From an uncultured Eubacteriales bacterium (GTDB lineage Bacteria; Bacillota; Clostridia; Christensenellales; CAG-138): a DNA stretch of 64,000 bases. Below, in pieces: positions 27,743 through 36,490 of the stretch (the first letter of the stretch is position 1; the number at the start of each line of letters is the position of its first letter). A model generated the notes under the pieces. The model was given only the letters and a program-made list of their open reading frames with translations, had not been told where the DNA came from and did no database searches. The stretch is from the NCBI GenBank assembly GCA_902761365.1, contig CACWJZ010000011.1, positions 6,210-70,209 of the forward strand. Reading direction: 5' to 3'. The position numbers and the translations under genes are program-made.

Positions 27743-28549
27743 TTAGAAGATGGGCACCACGGCGCCCTGGTAGGTCTTGTTGATGAAGTCCTTCACCTCG
27801 GGGCTGGTCAGGGCCTTGAACAGGGCCTGGATGGCATCGTCCTTCTCACGGCCTTCCTTCACGCAGAGGACGTTGGCGTAGGTCTGGGCGCCGGAGCCGG
27901 AGGCGTCCTCCACAGCGAGGGCGTCCTTGCCCGCGTTGAGGCCGGCCTGCAGGGCGTAGTTGCCGTTGATGACGCCGAAGTCCAGATCGGAGAGGGCCTT
28001 GGAGATCTGAGCGGCCTCCATCTCCACGATGTCGATGTTCTTGGGGTTCTCCACCACGTCCAGCTTAGTGGCGTTGGAGGAGGCGTCGATGCCGTCCTTC
28101 AGCTTGATGAAGCCCTCCTGCTGGAGCAGGAGCAGCGCCCGGGTCTCGTTGCTGCCGTCGTTGGGCACGCCGATCTTGGCGCCGTCAGGCAGGTCCGCGA
28201 GGGCCTTCACCTTGCCGGCGTAGATGCCGAAGGGCTCATAGTGGACGGCGCCCACGGACACGATGTGGGTCTTGTTCTCGGCGTTGAAGGTGTTGAGATA
28301 GGGGGTGTGCTGGAAGTAGTTGGCGTCCAGGCTCCCGTCCTCCACGGCGGTGTTGGGCTGAACGTAATCGGTGTACTCCACGACTTCGAGGGTGATGCCC
28401 TGCTTCTCCAAAAGCTTGGCGGCCTCCCGCAGGATCTCCGCATGGGGGGTGATGCTGGCGCCCACCTTCAGGGTGCTCTTCTTCTTGCCGCAGGCGGCGA
28501 AGGACAGGATGAAAACGAGGGCGAGGATGATGGCGATGGTCTTTTTCAT
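27743..28549 (-). CDS. metQ: Methionine ABC transporter substrate-binding lipoprotein (MetQ/NlpA family)
   Basis: I chose the start MKKTIAI after AAGGAG. Lipobox LSFAAC; motifs YFQHTPYL and EPFGIYAGK. Confidence 0.85.
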   Translation of the reverse strand: MKKTIAIILALVFILSFAACGKKKSTLKVGASITPHAEILREAAKLLEKQGITLEVVEYTDYVQPNTAVEDGSLDANYFQHTPYLNTFNAENKTHIVSVGAVHYEPFGIYAGKVKALADLPDGAKIGVPNDGSNETRALLLLQQEGFIKLKDGIDASSNATKLDVVENPKNIDIVEMEAAQISKALSDLDFGVINGNYALQAGLNAGKDALAVEDASGSGAQTYANVLCVKEGREKDDAIQALFKALTSPEVKDFINKTYQGAVVPIF

Positions 28550-28580
28550 GGTTGTATTCTCCTTTACATGATTCATTTTT

Positions 28581-29249
28581 TTATTTTTCCCGGACTCTTC
28601 TGTCGGACTTGTGGGCGATCCGGCTGCCCGCTTCCTGGAACACTTGGACGATGAGGACCAGCAGGACGACCATGATGAGCATGATCCGGCTGTTGCTCCG
28701 GTAGTAACCGTAGTTGATGGCGATGGCCCCGAGGCCGCCGCCGCCCACGATGCCCGCCATGGCCGAGTAGCCCAGGATGGTGGTCACGGCGATGGCGGCG
28801 CCGGTGATGAGGGAGGGCTTGGCCTCCGGCAGGATCACCTTCAAAAGCACCTGGGTGGGGGAGGCGCCCATGGACAGGGCCGCTTCGATGACGCCCCGGT
28901 CCACCTCCCGGGCGGAGGATTCCACCATCCGGGCGATGAAGGGGGCCGCCGCGATGGTCAGCGGCGAGAGGGTGGCCTTCGATCCGATGGTGGTGCCCAT
29001 GATGGCTCGCGTCACGGGCATGACCCACACCAGCAGGATGATGAAGGGCACGGACCTAAGGAGGTTGATGACCACGCCCAGGACCCGGTTGAACACCGGC
29101 ATGGGCCGCAGCCCCTGAGGGTCCGTGAGGATCAGCAGCAAACCGAGGGGCAGGCCGATGGCGTAGGCCACCAGCGTGGAGCCCAAGGTCATATAGAGGG
29201 TCTCCCAAAATCCCTTCACGATGAGGGAAAGCATTTCGGTCAACTGCAC
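28581..29249 (-). CDS. metI: Methionine ABC transporter permease
   Basis: 222-aa polytopic protein with ...EAALSMGASPTQVLLKVILPEAKPSLI. Confidence 0.85.
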   Translation of the reverse strand: MQLTEMLSLIVKGFWETLYMTLGSTLVAYAIGLPLGLLLILTDPQGLRPMPVFNRVLGVVINLLRSVPFIILLVWVMPVTRAIMGTTIGSKATLSPLTIAAAPFIARMVESSAREVDRGVIEAALSMGASPTQVLLKVILPEAKPSLITGAAIAVTTILGYSAMAGIVGGGGLGAIAINYGYYRSNSRIMLIMVVLLVLIVQVFQEAGSRIAHKSDRRVREK

Positions 29250-30282
29250 TTAGATCACCTCCTCGAAGGAGACCTCCGCCCCGCGAAGGAACTCCAGCAT
29301 GTTCTCTATGACGGTGTCGTCATCGGGCACCTGCAGGATCATCTGCCCGTAGAGACGGCCGTTCAAACTTCTCGTATCGGCGAACACGATGCTCACCGGG
29401 GCCCCGGTATGGAGCACCATCGGCCCCGGTATGGAGCACCATCTCCGCCACCAGGGGGCTGTCCGTGCGCTCCCGTCCATCGAAGGTGATGCGCAGGAAC
29501 CGCCCTTCCCCGAAGCTCTCCTTGGGGGGGACCTGGCTGGACGGGACGATCAGCTGTCGGGCCGCCATGCTCTTGGGCCGGTGGAAGATCTCTTCCACGG
29601 TGCCCAGCTCCTCCACCTTGTTGTCGGCCAGGATCGCCACCCGATGGCAGATGGCCTCCACCACCTTCATCTCGTGGGTGATGACCACCACGGTCACGTG
29701 GAGCTCCCGGTTCAGCTCCTTGAGCAGATCCAGGATCGACAGGGTGGTGGTGGGGTCCAATGCGGAGGTGGCCTCGTCGCACAGCAGCACCTTGGGGTCC
29801 GTGGAGAGGGCCCGGGCGATGGCCACCCGCTGGCACTGGCCGCCGGAGAGCTGGGCGGGGTAGGCGTCCTTCTTCTCCGAAAGGCCCACGCGCTCCAGGA
29901 GCTTTTCCGCCTTCTGCCGAGCCTCCTTCTTGCCGACGCCCGCCAGCTGCAGCGGGAAGCACACGTTGTCCAGGACGCTCCGCTGCTGGAGCAGGTTGAA
30001 GCCCTGGAAGATCATGCCGATGCTGCGGCGCTCCTGGCGAAGCTCCTTCTCGGAAAGCTGCGTCAGCTCCTTCCCGTTCACCGTGACCGTGCCCGCCGTG
30101 GGCTTTTCCAGCAGGTTGATGCACCGCACCAGCGTGCTCTTGCCCGCGCCCGACAGGCCGATGACCCCGAAGATCTCCCCTTCCTCGATGGTGAGGTCCA
30201 CATCCTTCAGCGCGGTGACGGCCCCGTCCCCCGTGCCGAAAATTTTGGTAATGCCCTTCAATTCTATGATCGGCTTTCCCAT
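29250..30282 (-). pseudogene. metN: Methionine ABC transporter ATPase MetN, frameshifted by a 22-bp tandem duplication
   Basis: The N-terminal ABC domain is intact (GLSGAGKST, LSGGQCQRVAIARAL, LLCDEATSALD). After ...PLVAEMVLHTGA the frame shifts. The C-terminal NIL domain (PVSIVFADTRSLNGRLYGQMILQVPDDD...) continues in another frame, which is track ORF 29250..29480. Confidence 0.8.
29400..29443. repeat. Perfect 2 x 22-bp tandem duplication (ggccccggtatggagcaccatc)
   Basis: Read directly: 29400-29421 equals 29422-29443. Confidence 0.95.
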
Positions 30283-30342
30283 GTCGTTCTTGCTCTCTCT
30301 CCTTCTTGGCGGACGATTCGTAAAACGCCCCTTCATCAACAC

Positions 30343-30372
30343 AAAAGCCCCTGACAAACATACGTCAGGGGC
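30343..30372 (-). terminator. T-box terminator helix
   Basis: GCCCCUGAC-GUAUGUUU-GUCAGGGGC followed by UUUU. It competes with the antiterminator that contains the T-box bulge. Confidence 0.8.
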
Positions 30373-30605
30373 GAAATGACTCGCGGTACCACCTTGATTT
30401 CGCGCCCGCCTCACAGCGGACGCCTTACGGAGTGCCAACACACTCTTGCGCGATGACGGGCGCCCCCGTCGCGGACTACATCTCGCCCGCGCGGCTCCGG
30501 GACCATGTTCTCCGATCCATCCGCACCCCGCTTCCACCTTCCGGGGCTCTCTTGGCCGTACCTGATCGGGTACTCTTCCCTTCGTTGCCTTTCGGTATGT
30601 AATTG
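30343..30605 (-). promoter_or_regulatory. T-box riboswitch leader, probable Met (AUG) specifier
   Basis: Minus strand carries the Stem I elements AGAGUA, AGAGAG and GGUGGAA. The specifier loop is AGAAC-AUG-G (AUG at 30506-30504). The T-box sequence is AAAUCAAGGUGGUACCGCGAG (30400-30380). The terminator is CCCCUGAC...GUCAGGGG plus CUUUUGUGUU. Confidence 0.85.
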
Positions 30606-30610
30606 CATGC

Positions 30611-30639
30611 AGTTTACCCTATTTCTATTCGTTTGTCAA
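30611..30639 (-). promoter_or_regulatory. Promoter TTGACA-17 nt-TAAACT for the met leader
   Basis: Read on the minus strand: TTGACA at 30639-30634 and TAAACT at 30616-30611. Confidence 0.6.
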
Positions 30640-30688
30640 GCATTATATACGATTTTTTTCATGCGGCAAGGACGCATGAAAACCACCT

Positions 30689-30717
30689 TTGAAATCTTCG
30701 CCTGAGAATGGTATACT
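30689..30717 (+). promoter_or_regulatory. Promoter TTGAAA-17 nt-TATACT (TG-extended)
   Basis: TTGAAA at 30689-30694, TGg, then TATACT at 30712-30717. The first ATG lies only about 10 nt downstream. Confidence 0.55.
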
Positions 30718-30727
30718 ATTACTATCC

Positions 30728-31129
30728 ATGAAAGGGAATATGCGCCAGGATCAAAAAAATGCCGCCTTCAAGCGGGGCGACCTATACTTGTTGGGCGGCT
30801 GCCTGCTGGCGGCCCTGGTGTGCTGCGGTCTGTGGCTGGGGTTCCGGAAGGACGGCGGCGCCGTGGTGGTGGAGCAGGATGGCCGGGAGACCGCCCGGTA
30901 TGCTTTGAGCGAGGATCGGACCGTGCGGATCGAGGGGGAGGGGGGCTATAACCTGCTGGTGATCCGGGGGGGCGAAGCCTGGCTCAGCGAGGCCGACTGT
31001 CCCACCCAGCTGTGCGTGAAGACGGGGAAGATCCGCTTTGCGGGCCAAAGCATCGTGTGCCTGCCCCACAGGCTGGCGGTACGGATCCTGGGAGGGGCGT
31101 CCGCCCTGGACGCTGTGACGGGGGGATAG
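30728..31129 (+). CDS. NusG domain II-containing protein
   Basis: One TM segment, then ...YNLLVIRGGEAWLSEADCPTQLCVKTGKIRFAGQSIVCLPHRLAVRI. The start is uncertain (30728 or 30740). Confidence 0.7.
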   Translation: MKGNMRQDQKNAAFKRGDLYLLGGCLLAALVCCGLWLGFRKDGGAVVVEQDGRETARYALSEDRTVRIEGEGGYNLLVIRGGEAWLSEADCPTQLCVKTGKIRFAGQSIVCLPHRLAVRILGGASALDAVTGG

Positions 31130-31133
31130 GCCC

Positions 31134-31628
31134 ATGAAGACGAGGAAGTTGACCACCCTAGGCCTTTGTGTGGCCCTGGCCCTCATACTCTCCTACGTGG
31201 AGAGCCTGCTGCCGCCCCTCATGGCCGTGCCCGGGGTGAAGGTGGGCCTGCCCAACATCGTCATTCTGTTCCTATTATATCGGTACGGCTGGCAGGAGGC
31301 GGGGGCGGTTTCCCTTATTCGCCTGGCCCTGTCCGCCGCCCTGTTCACGGGCTTTGCCGCCTTCTTCTACGGATTGGCCGGCGCGGCGATGAGCTTGTTG
31401 GGCTCCGCCCTGCTGAAACGCTCCGACCGCTTCTCACCCCTGGGCGTCAGCGTGGCCGGGGGCGTGCTGCACAACCTGGGGCAGATCGCCCTGGCCGCCC
31501 TGGTCCTGGACAGCGGTTACCTCTTCGCTTACCTGCCCGTGCTGCTCCTCTCCGGCACTGTGGCCGGGGCCTTAGTGGGCCTGCTGGCGGGCATTTTGAT
31601 CCGGCGGACCGATATAGGGGACCGCTGA
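31134..31628 (+). CDS. Gx transporter family protein (heptaprenyl diphosphate synthase component I-like)
   Basis: 164-aa polytopic protein, ...LSYVESLLPPLMAVPGVKVGLPNIV.... This family is typically paired with a NusG_II gene. Confidence 0.7.
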   Translation: MKTRKLTTLGLCVALALILSYVESLLPPLMAVPGVKVGLPNIVILFLLYRYGWQEAGAVSLIRLALSAALFTGFAAFFYGLAGAAMSLLGSALLKRSDRFSPLGVSVAGGVLHNLGQIALAALVLDSGYLFAYLPVLLLSGTVAGALVGLLAGILIRRTDIGDR

Positions 31629-31778
31629 CAAGCAATCATAATGGGGGCTATTCCCGGCGGTAAGGTCATAAATAGTTCAACAAAATGCCAAAATGCGGCA
31701 GCCGCTGCGCTCTTGCAAAGGCAGGGATAGTATGAGATAATATACTCACCGTTGAAAAACCATACTGGAGGTATTGCT

Positions 31779-32891
31779 ATGAAGCGTTTTATGTGCTTGA
31801 TCCTGGTGGCCTTGCTGTTGGCAGGTGTCGGCGGCGTGCGGCAGGCGAAGGCAGAGTCCATGCGGGAATCTCTGAGCCCCGTGAAAAATGACCCCACCTC
31901 CGTGCCGTACCTGCCCGAAGATGATCCCACTATGGAGCCATCCATGGAGGCTATGCCGGAGCCCACCCCCACCCCGACGCCGGTGCCCACCAGGGCCCCG
32001 GAAGGGACGCCCTTCCAGACCCGGGCCCCCAAGGAGGGGGACGTGGCCACGGACCGGTTCCCCAACTACGATACCGGCGCGGATGCGGAGTACAGCTATC
32101 AGTCCGACGAGCTTCGGATCGCCATCAAAGTCATTCGGGACACGGAAGCCCATCAGCGTATCTTTGTGGCGGACATTTGGATCCGGAACCTCAAGACCTT
32201 CCGGACCGGCTTTGCACGGGGCAGGTACCAGGCCGGTACAGAGGATAGCACAGAGTTTGTCAACCGGGAAAACGCCATTTTGGCTATTAATGGAAATTAT
32301 ACCATAGGAAGATTGTCCGTGCATGACGGAAAGTCGTATGGTGCTATAAAGGGGAAAGGCTGGACGCACAGCGGTTTTTGCGGGCTGTACAGCGATGGAA
32401 CGATCCGCACTTTTGAGTTGCCGAAGGATAAGATCTCTGTCAGGAATGAGATTGCCGACGGCTTGATCCATGGCTGGGAGTTCGGTCCTATCCTGGTGAA
32501 AAATGGCGAAAAGACCACAAAGCATTATAATGATACGCTGCATCCCCGCTGCATGCTGGGCTACTACGAGCCGGGGCATTACGTATTCGTCACCTGTGAC
32601 GGTCGCCGGGAGAACGCCGTGGGCATGTCCATCGACGATATGCGGGAGTTCATGTACAACCTGGGCGTGAAGGAAGCCTTCAACCTAGATGGCGGCTACA
32701 GCGCGGTCATGGTGTTCATGGGCACCGTCATCAACAACCCCGCCTGGACGCGGTTAAAGAGCGACGGCAGCAGCGCAATGGGTCGACCCATCAACGACAT
32801 GCTCATGCTCTCCGAGTTCGACGAAAACGGGGAGATCATACCCCTGTCCGCCCTGCAGCCGGACAAGTTCGCGCCGGTGGAGACGGAGTGA
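31779..32891 (+). CDS. Phosphodiester glycosidase (NAGPA-like) family protein
   Basis: Signal peptide and Pro-rich linker, then AILAINGNY...CMLGYYEPGHYVFVTCDGR...AFNLDGGYSAVMVF. Confidence 0.75.
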   Translation: MKRFMCLILVALLLAGVGGVRQAKAESMRESLSPVKNDPTSVPYLPEDDPTMEPSMEAMPEPTPTPTPVPTRAPEGTPFQTRAPKEGDVATDRFPNYDTGADAEYSYQSDELRIAIKVIRDTEAHQRIFVADIWIRNLKTFRTGFARGRYQAGTEDSTEFVNRENAILAINGNYTIGRLSVHDGKSYGAIKGKGWTHSGFCGLYSDGTIRTFELPKDKISVRNEIADGLIHGWEFGPILVKNGEKTTKHYNDTLHPRCMLGYYEPGHYVFVTCDGRRENAVGMSIDDMREFMYNLGVKEAFNLDGGYSAVMVFMGTVINNPAWTRLKSDGSSAMGRPINDMLMLSEFDENGEIIPLSALQPDKFAPVETE

Positions 32892-32986
32892 GGCGGCAAC
32901 GCTTTGCTGCTGACGGATAAATACCGAATGCTGACCGGGAGCCCCGCCGAAGACGCGGGGCTTTCTGCTTATGCGCGATGGTCGGG

Positions 32987-33745
32987 CTATACCAGCCGGG
33001 TGTACCGGGGCAGGTTCGTGATGAAGCCCCGCCCCTTCTTCGTGTCGATCTCGTACCAGCCGGAGGGGGCCGTGCCAACATACGGGAACCGGTCGCCCCG
33101 GTGGGCGGTGAACAGGATTCGGCCCTTCTTGGAATCCGAAGCGCGCACGTTCACGGACCCGCCCCTGACCTCCACACAGCGTTCCGGCGTGGGCTCGGGA
33201 GGCTCTGGCTCCGGCCCGGGCTGGGGCGTCAGCTCCTTTTCAAAGACCATGGGGATGCCCCAGCAGGCCCAGTCCTTCGCGCGAAGCTTCGTCTTCACCA
33301 CCCCGTATCGGCGGCCCTTGGCCTCGATCAGGTACTCGTCGTCGATCATGTAGCCGATGTGGCTGGCCCGCTTCCCGTCCAGGCGGAACACCCACCAGCC
33401 CCGCTTCGGCCCGTCCGTTCTGAGCTCGCACCGGCCCATCATGGTGTTGGCGTTCACGTCGCAGCGGTACAGGTGGGTGAGGTTGCAGAGCCAGTAGCAT
33501 CCCAGGCCCGAGCAGTCGTAGGCATAGAGGACCCTGGCCCCCGCATCGAATTTCTTTTTACAGAAATCTATGGCCGCCTGGGCATAGCTGGTGCCGTCCG
33601 GGTAGCCGCCCCGGCCCGCCTCCTTCCTTTCGATGATGCGCACATAGTTCTCCGGCGTGAGCCGCGTGTGCTGCCCGCCCCACAGGTAGGGCTGGCCCAC
33701 CTGCTCCTTCAGGTATTCGATAAAGGCGTTCACCGTATGTTCCAT
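32987..33745 (-). CDS. NlpC/P60-family cell-wall hydrolase with a C-terminal SH3-like domain
   Basis: I chose the start MEHTVNAF after AAGGAGG. Motifs YLWGGQ...YDCSGL...SHIGYM, an EPEPPEP linker, then VNVRASDSKKGRILF.... Confidence 0.75.
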   Translation of the reverse strand: MEHTVNAFIEYLKEQVGQPYLWGGQHTRLTPENYVRIIERKEAGRGGYPDGTSYAQAAIDFCKKKFDAGARVLYAYDCSGLGCYWLCNLTHLYRCDVNANTMMGRCELRTDGPKRGWWVFRLDGKRASHIGYMIDDEYLIEAKGRRYGVVKTKLRAKDWACWGIPMVFEKELTPQPGPEPEPPEPTPERCVEVRGGSVNVRASDSKKGRILFTAHRGDRFPYVGTAPSGWYEIDTKKGRGFITNLPRYTRLV

Positions 33746-33895
33746 GCATATATCCTCCTTCCGATGCAAGCATACCGCAGGCAAAGGCCCTTGGTTTCCG
33801 ATGATTTGTTCATAGCTGGTTCCTTTCTATCCTATGAACGAGACACGCATCACCGTGCAAATGCACCTACACATGTAGTAAACATGGAAAAACGG

Positions 33896-33924
33896 TTGAA
33901 ATCGGCGCCGTTTCAGGGTACAAT
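33896..33924 (+). promoter_or_regulatory. Promoter TTGAAA-17 nt-TACAAT in front of nadE
   Basis: Read directly on the plus strand. Confidence 0.55.
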
Positions 33925-33951
33925 AAATAAAACCTTTTGGGAGGTGTGATC

Positions 33952-34692
33952 ATGGCATTTGACGCATATAAGGTAAAGGACGAACTGATCCGGTGGATCC
34001 GGGACTGGTTCGAGGAGAACGGCAAGGGCTGCAACGCCGTCGTGGGAATCTCCGGCGGCAAGGACAGTTCCGTGGTGGCGGCCCTGTGCGTGGAAGCGCT
34101 GGGCAAGGATCGGGTGGTGGGCGTGCTCATGCCCAATGGGGAGCAGCCCGACATCGACATGTCCCATCTGCTGGTGGAGACCCTGGGCATCCGCCACTAT
34201 GTTCTGAACATCCATGACACCTATGAAGCGTGCCTCCGGGAGATCGAGAAGACCGGCGTGGAGATCAGCAACCAGACCCGGATCAATCTGGCCCCCCGCA
34301 TCCGCATGAGCTGCGAGTACGCCCTGAGCCAGTCGCTGAACGGCCGGGTGGCCAACACCTGCAACTGGTCCGAGGACTACGTGGGCTACTCCACCCGCTA
34401 CGGCGACGCCGCCGGGGACTTCGCACCCCTGGGGCGGCTGGTGGTCCGGGAGGTCAAGGCCATCGGCCATGCTCTGGGCCTGCCGGAGGTGCTGGTGGAG
34501 AAGGTGCCCAGCGACGGCCTCTGCGGCAAGACTGACGAGGACAACCTGGGCTTCACCTACGCGGCGCTCGATCGCTACATCCGGGAGGGGGTCATGGAGG
34601 ACGAAGCGACCAAAGCCCGCATCGATAGGCTCCACAAGCTGAACCTCTTCAAATTGAAGCCGATCCCCTATTTCCCCTACGGCGAAGAATAA
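33952..34692 (+). CDS. nadE: NH3-dependent NAD+ synthetase
   Basis: VVGISGGKDSSV (PP-loop), ...NLAPRIRM...EDYVGYSTRYGD... Confidence 0.9.
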   Translation: MAFDAYKVKDELIRWIRDWFEENGKGCNAVVGISGGKDSSVVAALCVEALGKDRVVGVLMPNGEQPDIDMSHLLVETLGIRHYVLNIHDTYEACLREIEKTGVEISNQTRINLAPRIRMSCEYALSQSLNGRVANTCNWSEDYVGYSTRYGDAAGDFAPLGRLVVREVKAIGHALGLPEVLVEKVPSDGLCGKTDEDNLGFTYAALDRYIREGVMEDEATKARIDRLHKLNLFKLKPIPYFPYGEE

Positions 34693-34702
34693 GGAGAAAG
34701 AT

Positions 34703-35716
34703 ATGAAGGTATTGGTCACCGGCGGCGCCGGGTACATCGGGTCCCATACGTGTTTGGCTCTGCTGGAGCTGGGCTATGATGTGGTGGCCGTGGACAACTT
34801 CTGCAACAGCTCCCCCGAGTCCCTGCGGCGGGTGGAGGAGCTCACCGGGAAGAAGGTGCCCCTTTACGGCATCGACGTGCGGGACGAGGCAGCTCTGGAC
34901 AAGGTGTTCCGGGAGCACGACATCGACTGTGCCATCCACTTCGCGGGCCTCAAGGCCGTGGGCGAGAGCGTGGAGAAGCCCTTGGCGTACTATGAGAACA
35001 ACCTGCTGTCCACCATGACGCTTTTGAAGGTCATGGGCAAAAACGGCGTGAAGCGGATCATCTTCTCCTCCTCCGCCACGGTCTACAGCACGGAGAACGC
35101 CATGCCCCTCAACGAGACCGGTCGCATGGGCTGCACCAACCCCTATGGCTGGACCAAGTTCATGTGCGAGGAGATCATCCGGGACTATGTGAAGGCCGAC
35201 CCCGCCTGGTCCGCGGTGCTCCTTCGGTACTTCAACCCCGTGGGGGCCCACCCCTCGGGCCGCATCGGCGAAGCGCCCAACGGCATCCCCAACAACCTGA
35301 TGCCCTTCATCACCCAGACCGCCTGCGGCGTTCGCAAGGAGCTGGTCGTCTTCGGCAACGATTATCCCACCCCCGACGGCACCTGCGTGCGGGACTACAT
35401 CCACGTGATGGATCTGGCGGAAGGCCACGCCGCCGCCATCGACTATCTCATGGCCCACACCGGCACGGAGGTCTTCAACCTGGGCACGGGCCAGGGCTAC
35501 TCCGTCCTCGATATGGTGAAGGCGTTCGAGGAGGTCAACCACCTCACCCTGCCCCACCGGATCGGTCCCCGCCGCCCCGGCGACATCGCCACCTGCTACG
35601 CGGACCCCGAGAAGAGCCGCCAGCTCCTTCACTGGACTGCCAAGCGAACCTTGCGGGATATGTGCGCCGACGCCTGGCACTGGCAGCAGCTGAACCCCCG
35701 GGGGTACGACGCGTAG
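34703..35716 (+). CDS. galE: UDP-glucose 4-epimerase
   Basis: MKVLVTGGAGYIGSH, SSSATVYS, YGWTKFMCEE, RDYIHVMDLAEGH. Confidence 0.9.
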   Translation: MKVLVTGGAGYIGSHTCLALLELGYDVVAVDNFCNSSPESLRRVEELTGKKVPLYGIDVRDEAALDKVFREHDIDCAIHFAGLKAVGESVEKPLAYYENNLLSTMTLLKVMGKNGVKRIIFSSSATVYSTENAMPLNETGRMGCTNPYGWTKFMCEEIIRDYVKADPAWSAVLLRYFNPVGAHPSGRIGEAPNGIPNNLMPFITQTACGVRKELVVFGNDYPTPDGTCVRDYIHVMDLAEGHAAAIDYLMAHTGTEVFNLGTGQGYSVLDMVKAFEEVNHLTLPHRIGPRRPGDIATCYADPEKSRQLLHWTAKRTLRDMCADAWHWQQLNPRGYDA

Positions 35717-35851
35717 GGGCGATTCACGAATCGCCTGGGTACATGCACGAAGCGAACATCATAATGATTTGGGCTGCGCCCATGATTTGACGCTGATGCG
35801 TCATGATTTGCGGCCATCGCAAGTATGCGACAGCCGCATGAAGGAGAGGAT

Positions 35852-36370
35852 ATGCCCTGGTATTGCCTGTTCTGCAAGGCCGGACAGGAGCAAAACGTCA
35901 TACGGATGCTGGAGGAGCGGGGGGCGCAGCCCCTGGCGCCCTTTGCTGTGCACGTGCGTCCGGGGCAGAGGGGCATGGAGCGGGTACGGCAGCGGCTGCT
36001 GCCCGGGTACGTGTTCTTCGAACAGGTCGACGCCCCCGACTGGCCGGGGATCGTCCGTCACTCCGCCGTGCTGCGGGTCCTCCACTACCAGGACGAGACC
36101 CCGGAGCTGCGCGATGCGGATCTGGTCTTCGTGCGCTGGCTCAAGGTCCACGAGGGGCTCATCGACGTTTCCGAGGTGGTGAAGGTGGGCACCAAGATCG
36201 CCTTCGTCAGCGGCCCCCTGGTGGGCATGGAGGGCCAGGTCCTGAAGGTGAACAAGGGCCGCCGCCAGGTCCAGATCGGGGTGGGCGACGAGGGGAACCT
36301 GTTCCGTGCCATCTGGTGCTCCATCGAGTACGTCCAGGAGAAGAAGGAAGGGGAGCCGAAAGCACAGTAG
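35852..36370 (+). CDS. NusG-family specialised paralog (LoaP/UpxY-like antiterminator)
   Basis: NGN-like MPWYCLFCKAGQE...LLPGYVFFE and KOW-like GTKIAFVSGPLVGMEGQVLKV. It lies immediately upstream of the polysaccharide locus. Confidence 0.75.
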   Translation: MPWYCLFCKAGQEQNVIRMLEERGAQPLAPFAVHVRPGQRGMERVRQRLLPGYVFFEQVDAPDWPGIVRHSAVLRVLHYQDETPELRDADLVFVRWLKVHEGLIDVSEVVKVGTKIAFVSGPLVGMEGQVLKVNKGRRQVQIGVGDEGNLFRAIWCSIEYVQEKKEGEPKAQ

Positions 36371-36401
36371 CCCGCCGGCGGCGAGCAATATGCCTATACC
36401 C

Positions 36402-36433
36402 AAAAGCAGACACGGTTTCGTGCCTGCTTTTTG
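36402..36433 (+). terminator. Intrinsic terminator after the NusG paralog
   Basis: AAAGCAGACACG-GTTT-CGTGCCTGCTTT followed by TTGT. Confidence 0.7.
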
Positions 36434-36461
36434 TATATATATGGCTTTTCCGGTCGCAATA

Positions 36462-36490
36462 TTGACTTATCCTTCGCTTCCTTATATAAT
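36462..36490 (+). promoter_or_regulatory. Near-consensus promoter TTGACT-17 nt-TATAAT for the glycopolymer operon
   Basis: TTGACT at 36462-36467 and TATAAT at 36485-36490. A leader of about 345 nt runs to the capD ATG. Confidence 0.7.

Noticed and set aside
30504-30507. A His (CAU) specifier for the T-box, because CAU directly follows the GAA of the specifier loop.
   Set aside because: The rule that the codon is followed by one unpaired purine before the closing helix favours AUG-G. The downstream genes are metNIQ. The ambiguity is noted in the finding.
33746-33900. A c-di-AMP (ydaO-type) riboswitch upstream of the NlpC/P60 hydrolase gene.
   Set aside because: The leader lacks the conserved ACGGGGA and CCGA-type cores and the pseudo-twofold architecture. 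Only a generic hairpin is visible.
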